IMG/VR virus record: IMGVR_UViG_2690316028_000008
DNA length: 7,242 nt
Direction: 5' to 3' (one strand)
Source of the DNA: a virus
Taxonomy: Duplodnaviria > Heunggongvirae > Uroviricota > Caudoviricetes
Every line of letters starts with the position of its first letter. The first letter of the stretch is position 1. Shown piece after piece: positions 1 through 6,147 of this stretch. The notes under the pieces are model-generated. The model was not told the DNA's origin. It saw nothing but the letters and a program-made list of their open reading frames with translations, and did no database searches. The position numbers and the translations under genes are program-made.

Positions 1-156
1 CCTCTGACTGAGAGTTTACTCACTTAGCCGCGTGTCCACTATTGCTGGGTAAGATCACACATAGTAGCCTTTTAATTTGTATAAGTAGCAGCAGAGCCGA
101 AGTGCAAGGAAAACGTTGTGAGACGATGACGATATACAGAGCAATCATATATAATA

Positions 157-182
157 TGAAGAAAGAGCCGTGCTTGCGGCTC
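157..182 (-). terminator. Probable intrinsic terminator of the minus-strand cluster
   Basis: Read on the minus strand directly after the ORF1 stop codon (192..190): 6-bp GC-rich stem GAGCCG (182..177), 6-nt loop, stem CGGCUC (170..165), then U-rich tract UUUCUUCAU (164..156). Seen directly in sequence; stem is short. Confidence 0.45.
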
Positions 183-189
183 CAAAATG

Positions 190-1788
190 TTATAATTTCG
201 CATATATAGCATTAAACCAAGTTAATGTCTCGCCTTTTGCATCACTTGCAGTGAGCATTTGATAACTCATTTTTCCTGTAGCAAATTTATTTATCTTCTT
301 CTTCGCTTTACTTTCATTATAACGTGTTAAAGCAGATACCTCTGTTGATACATCTGTCGTATCATCTATGGTTATGTTTACACCAAACACCGCCTGAATA
401 GCATCAGGATGTAAATAATTTTCCATTTCCCTTTTTTCAGTCATGAATGCTATGGAACCATCATTTCTAGCATTTACTGACTTACATTCTTTTTCATACT
501 GAGGAGGGATGGCAACATCTCTATCATAGATGTGAACCTCAGGTTTATTTAGAATTTTTAAGTCATTATTATTAACCCAATCTTTAAGAGTATGTCCCCC
601 CATTGGAATGAAAACTATACGCGGATCATTTATCATATCAGGAACATTTGGAACACCTTGGTCGAGATAAATTTTACCGATATTCCTTAAAAAGTTTATA
701 TCATTAGGGCCTTCAACGCATACAAGAACAGATGCCCTACTATCAGGGTATACGCCAAGATCATTCGCTATGTTCTTTAGCACATCATCATTACCATTTT
801 TAACCTCTAAACCATCATCGAGTGTTCGGGTTATATGGCGTAGAGATTCTGTAGGTATCTTTTCCACAAGTGCAGGGACGTGGGTGGTAATCAATACTTG
901 GCATTTATCAGCATTTGCTAATTCTTGAAATGCATCAATAAGAAGTCTTTGATTAGATGGGTGTTGAGATGTTTCAGGTTCTTCAATTGCATAAATAACT
1001 CCTTTATCTGGGAATTCTTTTTGCAATCTTTCTGCTTCCGCTTTAAAAAAACTAATCAGGACTAAACGTCTAACACCACTACCACGTTTATTGATAGCTA
1101 TTCCTCTATCATCTTCCAATGTTAGCTTGAAAATATTTTCCCACTTAGGTTCCACTTTAAACTTTGGGATTAACCCGGCAGCAAGATTAGGAGATATATC
1201 ATGTAAATGTTTAATTGTGTTTTCAGCCACTTCAACTGCATGTTCTTTTACGCTTTCTTTAATGGATTCAAGTTGAATGTCAATCTTCTGCAATGCTGTT
1301 TGAACCGCTGACTTCATAGGATCCTGTACTTCTGATTCTTCATCGGTACTCGGCCTGTCTGCGCGGAATAATGCAAAGTGAGGGAGTTTGTCATATATTT
1401 TTTCACAAATAACCTTGCCCTCCTCAGCATTTAATTTAACGAAGATTTCTTTAAGCTTTAAATCTCCAATTTTCCTGTAAATTTCTTGTCTTAAACTAAC
1501 ATTGGACCTTTTATCAGCTCCATCAACACCAATAGATTCGGCAATTACTTTAAGTTCATCATTTTTTTTAGCAAGTAAAGATTTCGCGCCTTTTGCTGAG
1601 GGAGCCATACATTTAGCTTGAACGCTGCTAGATCCCTTACCTTTTGCAAATACTCTATATATTTCTAGCTTTCCATTACTATTTAATAAATATTCTTCTT
1701 TAAGGTTAGTTATAGATGTGGCATCCAAAACTATAGGTATATCAGCTCCTGAAAAGATACATCCAATTGACACGTCTTCATTTTCCAC
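190..1788 (-). CDS. OLD-family ATP-dependent endonuclease (ABC-type ATPase + C-terminal Toprim); frame as given starts at GTG and lacks the Walker A region, which lies upstream of an in-frame TAG
   Basis: ABC ATPase motifs: Walker B-like VIYAIEEPE, H-loop LITTHVP. Toprim motifs: VLVCVEGPND (nt ~709-729) and HIYDRD (nt ~517-525). The same frame continues upstream to ATG at 1977..1975 (MKLEKLIL-TAG-NFRGYHGEHSIDINSLTALVGRNDVGKTT) with Walker A GRNDVGKT at 1893..1867 and a GGAGA Shine-Dalgarno 3 nt before that ATG. No SD precedes the GTG at 1788. Family assignment is from motif recognition, not a search. Confidence 0.75.
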   Translation of the reverse strand: MENEDVSIGCIFSGADIPIVLDATSITNLKEEYLLNSNGKLEIYRVFAKGKGSSSVQAKCMAPSAKGAKSLLAKKNDELKVIAESIGVDGADKRSNVSLRQEIYRKIGDLKLKEIFVKLNAEEGKVICEKIYDKLPHFALFRADRPSTDEESEVQDPMKSAVQTALQKIDIQLESIKESVKEHAVEVAENTIKHLHDISPNLAAGLIPKFKVEPKWENIFKLTLEDDRGIAINKRGSGVRRLVLISFFKAEAERLQKEFPDKGVIYAIEEPETSQHPSNQRLLIDAFQELANADKCQVLITTHVPALVEKIPTESLRHITRTLDDGLEVKNGNDDVLKNIANDLGVYPDSRASVLVCVEGPNDINFLRNIGKIYLDQGVPNVPDMINDPRIVFIPMGGHTLKDWVNNNDLKILNKPEVHIYDRDVAIPPQYEKECKSVNARNDGSIAFMTEKREMENYLHPDAIQAVFGVNITIDDTTDVSTEVSALTRYNESKAKKKINKFATGKMSYQMLTASDAKGETLTWFNAIYAKL

Positions 1789-2317
1789 GCTATCGACACA
1801 TTTATCGGTAGCATCATATTTACATAGTTTATGTTCAAAGAAGACACCAAATGCGTCTAAGATAGTTGTTTTACCAACATCATTACGACCAACTAATGCA
1901 GTTAGTGAGTTAATGTCAATGCTATGTTCTCCATGATAGCCACGAAAGTTCTATAAGATTAGTTTTTCAAGTTTCATAAAAATCTCCATTTTTAAAAATT
2001 AAAATTTTATTTTTTAAAACTTACGCATTCGAAAAAACATTTGATTTTGTTGTATTCGAAGTAACAAGAACAATTTATAAAATTAGTTCAATCGAAGTCT
2101 TGGGTAAGACGCTTTTTCTCTTTAACAAAACGGATAACTACGCATTGGACAATAGATACTTTAGGAAACACGCGGAAAAATTGTAACGTTTTGCTCATTC
2201 TAGACCTGATATTCCTTCAAATTAGCAAGTTCGAGAGATAAGGGGAAATTACGATAGTCTACCAGAATCATTTCACACCTGCTCTAAACAATATGCAGAA
2301 AATAATATATGTATTTA

Positions 2318-2980
2318 TTAGTAAAGTTCTCCAGTTCCCTGATCTACACGTTTATAGAAATCAGAAAAATTACATGGGTCAGATATAACTGAGTTTTTAT
2401 CACTACGAAAATCAAATTCTATTTTTTTTATAAGATCAATGGCTGGTATAGTCGAATTTAAAGGGATTTTTTTATAGTTTCTAATTCTGTGATATTCAAT
2501 TGAGTCTAAGTCTACTTCAATCGCTTTATTACCAAAATAATAAAAATGATCTGAAATCAACACGTTATTAGAGCTAGTATCTCGTTCAAGATTTGTCATG
2601 TTAAATGAACCATCAGCATTGCTATGATGAGAATCTTCTTGTATCCATTCATTGTTTTCATTTTGATGGTAGATATTATCGCCCAGAATTTGTACATGAC
2701 TACCATTTCTAGCAGGCTTTTTGAGAGAGAACCTGGTATCCTCCCAATAACCATTGAAACTAATTTTTTCTGAAACTTTCATTAATAGGATACATTTTTT
2801 TTTAGCTGATTTTAAATTGGCTCCACCAACTCCGAGTATCCAATCACCCACTTTAGCTGACTTTCTAATTCCAGGTTTGCATGTTGCCAAGGTACAACTT
2901 CCATGAAATGGATTAGGTGCAAAACCAAAGTCTCTCGTTATTGCATAAACATAAAGGTGTGAGTTGGGATCAATTAGCAT
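2318..2980 (-). CDS. Hypothetical protein (220 aa), unknown function
   Basis: Uninterrupted 220-codon ORF, same strand as neighbours. ATG start overlaps the stop of the upstream gene (ATGCTAA). SD-like AAGGTGG about 9 nt upstream of the ATG. N-terminal region contains YAITRDFGFAPNPFHGSCTLATCKPG (Cys-x4-Cys); I do not recognise a family. Confidence 0.6.
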   Translation of the reverse strand: MLIDPNSHLYVYAITRDFGFAPNPFHGSCTLATCKPGIRKSAKVGDWILGVGGANLKSAKKKCILLMKVSEKISFNGYWEDTRFSLKKPARNGSHVQILGDNIYHQNENNEWIQEDSHHSNADGSFNMTNLERDTSSNNVLISDHFYYFGNKAIEVDLDSIEYHRIRNYKKIPLNSTIPAIDLIKKIEFDFRSDKNSVISDPCNFSDFYKRVDQGTGELY

Positions 2981-3465
2981 ACGACATTTCCACCTTGAAC
3001 TTTATCACGATCCGTACCATCAGGTTTTTCAAAGGAAGTTTTACCTTCTAGTGCGTTGATAATGGCATCACTTCTCCAGGCCACTATAGAGGTTGCATAC
3101 TTTTCGAGATTCTCTGGTAGTTTTACATCGCCTTTTAACCCATTTTCATATACACCTATGATTGGTTTTCCAAGTTGATGAGCTACTTGAATTTCCCAGT
3201 TTACCCAAGGTCTAGTATGTGTCTCTTTCCCGATAACAACTATAACTTGACTAGCCCACCTCATTTTCATTCTAAGTAAACGTGCAATCGTTCGGTCACT
3301 AAGTTTTTTTTCCTCAACTCGTCGCTGGTTTTCAGGTTTCATTCTAATAGAACTATTGCGTAAATGATAACCTTTTGCTGCAGCTAAACGAGAAACTCCA
3401 TCAACACTCGCGTCGTCTTTATGATGATGGCTAACAAAAACATTTTTCTTAATTTCTTTAACCAT
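2974..3465 (-). CDS. TIR-like domain protein (ThsB-like / DUF1863-type)
   Basis: 163-aa ORF with ATG start and AAGGA SD 7 nt upstream. N-terminal VFVSHHHKDD and central VVIGKETHTRPWVNWEIQVAHQLGKPIIGVYEN match the characteristic pattern of bacterial TIR-like (Thoeris ThsB-type) domains, including the conserved Glu in WVxxEI. Recognised by eye. Confidence 0.7.
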   Translation of the reverse strand: MVKEIKKNVFVSHHHKDDASVDGVSRLAAAKGYHLRNSSIRMKPENQRRVEEKKLSDRTIARLLRMKMRWASQVIVVIGKETHTRPWVNWEIQVAHQLGKPIIGVYENGLKGDVKLPENLEKYATSIVAWRSDAIINALEGKTSFEKPDGTDRDKVQGGNVVC

Positions 3466-3486
3466 TTTTAAATCCTTTGTAATTTG

Positions 3487-4518
3487 CTAATTATAAAATA
3501 ATTCTATATTATTGCTTTGATAATGGTATTTTTGTTTAGGCCTTTTATTGTTAAATTTAGTTCGGCATCTTTTATCTATCTCGCATGCACCACTATTTTC
3601 CATGTCCATTAAGGTGTAAACTCTTTCTTCTTTAGGCAGGAAATGGAATATTTCATCCATGTTCCAATTTTCTCTATACTTTTCAGCGATGTTATTTTGG
3701 TTTATAGTGAACCAGAATAAACACTCTTCGCTATTCATTCCATCTCTATTAGAAAAAATCCAATTAATTCCTCTTTCACAACCAGGACCTGAAATAACAA
3801 AGTTCAATTCTGTAAACGGAAAGTTGGGTATGTATGTCAGATCTATGAAAATTTGATATGCTAGAAAATCCCCAATCCCTGAGAATGATTTTAAATGTTC
3901 AAAAACTTCGAACTGATTTCCTGATGATTTTACACCATTAACGATTTTATCTTGGTTATAATAAACAAATTTTATCATTCTAATTACCATATCATTTTCC
4001 GGTATTCCTTCTATATTTTTTAAGTATTTTCCGAAGTTAAACTTCGGACCTCCTAAAATATAGGCTGCACTAAAAAATACGTAGCCTGGTTTTTTTAATG
4101 ATATGTTTATTGTCTTTTCTCTGATCTTTTCATTGATGTCGCGAATAGTCATTTTTGTGAAATCAAAGGGCGCATCAAGTTCATTTAATGTATCGCTTTT
4201 ATTTATTACTCTAAACAAAAATGAATTGAGTATTTTATTTTCATAAGTTAATTTATTGTTGTTTGTTATATTTTTCAATAACCATTTGGTTTCTTTGTCC
4301 CATGTTCTTTTAGTATTTACAAATTTATAGTTTCTCAATATTTTGTCGTCTGTCCAATATGGCGGAAGGTTAAGTATCTCTTTCTTGTAATATATGGATG
4401 TCCTCTCTCGTTGATGATAAAACCATTCCTTGATAACAGCTTCATTCAAGGTAGGTTTAGCGGTTTTAATTTTCATTTCTCTGACATTACAAAAAAGTTG
4501 ATCGTTTTTACTGTTCAC
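3487..4518 (-). CDS. Hypothetical protein (343 aa), unknown function; contains a helix-hairpin-helix-like motif
   Basis: Long uninterrupted ORF co-directional with cluster. Start uncertain: GTG at 4518 overlaps the upstream gene by 11 nt; an alternative ATG at 4476 gives a 329-aa product. Motif FSGIGDFLAYQIFIDL resembles HhH nucleic-acid-binding hairpins. No P-loop. No family recognised with confidence. Confidence 0.6.
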   Translation of the reverse strand: MNSKNDQLFCNVREMKIKTAKPTLNEAVIKEWFYHQRERTSIYYKKEILNLPPYWTDDKILRNYKFVNTKRTWDKETKWLLKNITNNNKLTYENKILNSFLFRVINKSDTLNELDAPFDFTKMTIRDINEKIREKTINISLKKPGYVFFSAAYILGGPKFNFGKYLKNIEGIPENDMVIRMIKFVYYNQDKIVNGVKSSGNQFEVFEHLKSFSGIGDFLAYQIFIDLTYIPNFPFTELNFVISGPGCERGINWIFSNRDGMNSEECLFWFTINQNNIAEKYRENWNMDEIFHFLPKEERVYTLMDMENSGACEIDKRCRTKFNNKRPKQKYHYQSNNIELFYN

Positions 4519-5065
4519 TTAATAATACCTTTTCGAAGAAATGTTTAAAACTATCAATTCCGTTCACATTGTTGTCAAAATGATATTCTGATTTTGTTTT
4601 ATTCTCAGTGACATACTTGTCGATTTCGTATTTTTTATAATTATTATTTTCCCGTTCTATATGTACTATAGTGAACTGATTGTTCTTACACCATGCGAAT
4701 TCTTCATTTGATCTTATGTCAGTAATTATTATATTTTTATTCGTCCCTCCATTTTTTTCTAAAATTTTCAACTCTTCTGATAGCATTCTAATAAATATTT
4801 TTTCTTCAATTTTCCTTAGGCTGTCTAAGCTCAGCCATATATCTCTTGGTGAATGGCTGATAAAGTCGCCGGTAGGTAAGGTTATATTGAGTGGTAACAT
4901 TTTATTTTCAGGTGGGTAATCCTTTTCCATCCAAGGATAAATATAATTGGCCAATTTTTTGAGTTGATCGCTAAATGATAATCTAATAAATCCATAGTTG
5001 GATATCAGATAATTGGCAAGAAAGTCTTTTCCACTACCCGATATGCCCATGAATGCAATTTTCAT
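4508..5065 (-). CDS. P-loop nucleotide kinase, deoxynucleoside-monophosphate-kinase-like
   Basis: 185-aa ORF. N-terminus MKIAFMGISGSGKDFLANYL has a Walker A/P-loop at the extreme N-terminus, as in phage T4-type dNMP kinases (MKLIFLSGVKRSGKD...). ATG (5065..5063) overlaps the TGA stop of the upstream TS-like gene (ATGA), suggesting translational coupling. Confidence 0.7.
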   Translation of the reverse strand: MKIAFMGISGSGKDFLANYLISNYGFIRLSFSDQLKKLANYIYPWMEKDYPPENKMLPLNITLPTGDFISHSPRDIWLSLDSLRKIEEKIFIRMLSEELKILEKNGGTNKNIIITDIRSNEEFAWCKNNQFTIVHIERENNNYKKYEIDKYVTENKTKSEYHFDNNVNGIDSFKHFFEKVLLSEQ

Positions 5066-6147
5066 AGACGGTCCTTATTAGAATTATTAAAATAATTAGA
5101 AGTTACGCTTAGATTGAAATCATTGCTTAACTTAGTTTTTAACACTATTGGTTGATTGAATCTTTCCTGGAAAATATATGATAGAGCTGCTTCTGCATAT
5201 CCCCAAAGTAAATTCCTTTCAGTTTCTACAAAGTGTTTAATAAATATTTTTTTTAGATTTTCGGTTTCCATATCTATTGTGTCTATTTTATGTTCATTTT
5301 CTGTTATTATTCTTTCAAGGAATGAAACTATATCACAGAATAATGATTTTATATTTTGTAACGATGGAGGGAATGATATTTCATCATCGTTTATCAAATC
5401 TGTCATTTGTTCTTCTTTTCTTTCGTATATTTCATTGGCTTGTCCTACTCTATCATCATATATATGAAGATTTGTTACTGATTGATGTAAGTATCCCAGT
5501 TTAATCTCGCTATCAACTTCCCTCTGTAATATTGAAAGTACTATCTCTTGAAGTAAACTAAACTCGAAAAGATTTATATTGCTCACTCCAAATATTAGAT
5601 CGCCGCTTCTTTGAACTATTTTAATGTTTAAATTTTTGTCAGGAGTGATAAAGAAATGAATTAAGTTATTACAAGGAATATCGACACTATGTTCTATGTT
5701 GTATACTTTTATGAGGCTTTCATTCGTATCTCTGTCAGGCATGTATAAGCTAATGACTGCTCTTCTTGTAAATATTCCTTCTTTTTTGAATTGTTGCACG
5801 ACATTCTCAAGTTGCCCGTGAGCGTATAGTCTTTCCCCATAAGCTGCTCGCCAAATGACACCATCATCTGAGTATTTAGGCGCTCTTGGTAAAAAAAAAT
5901 TTAGATATGGTTTAATTCTGTTGTCGCCAGCAAAAACCCATATAGCTTCAGCAAATGTGGAAAATATATTATTTTTTCGACCCGCTAAACTTAAATGCCT
6001 TGATCTAGGGTTTCGTAAGATCATACTAACATCATAAATAGTTATAGCATCCCCATTCCTTGTCGAAATACGAACTCCTTCATTAAGCACTTTTTCTAGG
6101 AGTTTCATTATTACATCGTTAATAGTTTCTCCGTAAATGACGTGCAT
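5062..6147 (-). CDS. Thymidylate synthase superfamily enzyme (ThyA-like; possibly a dNMP C5-methylase or hydroxymethylase) with C-terminal extension
   Basis: Motif-by-motif correspondence with E. coli ThyA: KVLNEG (KVLDEG), EAIWVFAGDN (ELLWFLQGDT), TRRAVISLY (SRRIIVSAW), DIPCNN (APCH, catalytic Cys; codon at 5673..5671), QRSGDLIFGVSNINLFEFSLL ([20 protein letters not shown]), HIY (HLY). About 115 extra C-terminal residues with no TS counterpart. ATG at 6147 preferred over the upstream in-frame TTG at 6153 because SD GAGG lies 8 nt before the ATG. Confidence 0.8.
   Translation of the reverse strand: MHVIYGETINDVIMKLLEKVLNEGVRISTRNGDAITIYDVSMILRNPRSRHLSLAGRKNNIFSTFAEAIWVFAGDNRIKPYLNFFLPRAPKYSDDGVIWRAAYGERLYAHGQLENVVQQFKKEGIFTRRAVISLYMPDRDTNESLIKVYNIEHSVDIPCNNLIHFFITPDKNLNIKIVQRSGDLIFGVSNINLFEFSLLQEIVLSILQREVDSEIKLGYLHQSVTNLHIYDDRVGQANEIYERKEEQMTDLINDDEISFPPSLQNIKSLFCDIVSFLERIITENEHKIDTIDMETENLKKIFIKHFVETERNLLWGYAEAALSYIFQERFNQPIVLKTKLSNDFNLSVTSNYFNNSNKDRL

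Noticed and set aside
179-188. 10-mer GCTCCAAAAT present at both island edges (179-188 and 6520-6529) as possible att direct repeats
   Set aside because: A single 10-nt match between flanks of this size is expected by chance at appreciable frequency, and the right copy lies about 350 bp outside the compositional boundary.
1091-1276. Plus-strand ORFs inside the island (1091..1276, 1718..1936, 3659..3856, 4680..4919, 5156..5467, 5277..5504, 5855..6037)
   Set aside because: All are short, lie entirely antisense within the longer minus-strand genes, have low-complexity hydrophobic translations typical of AT-rich shadow frames, and lack convincing ribosome-binding sites.
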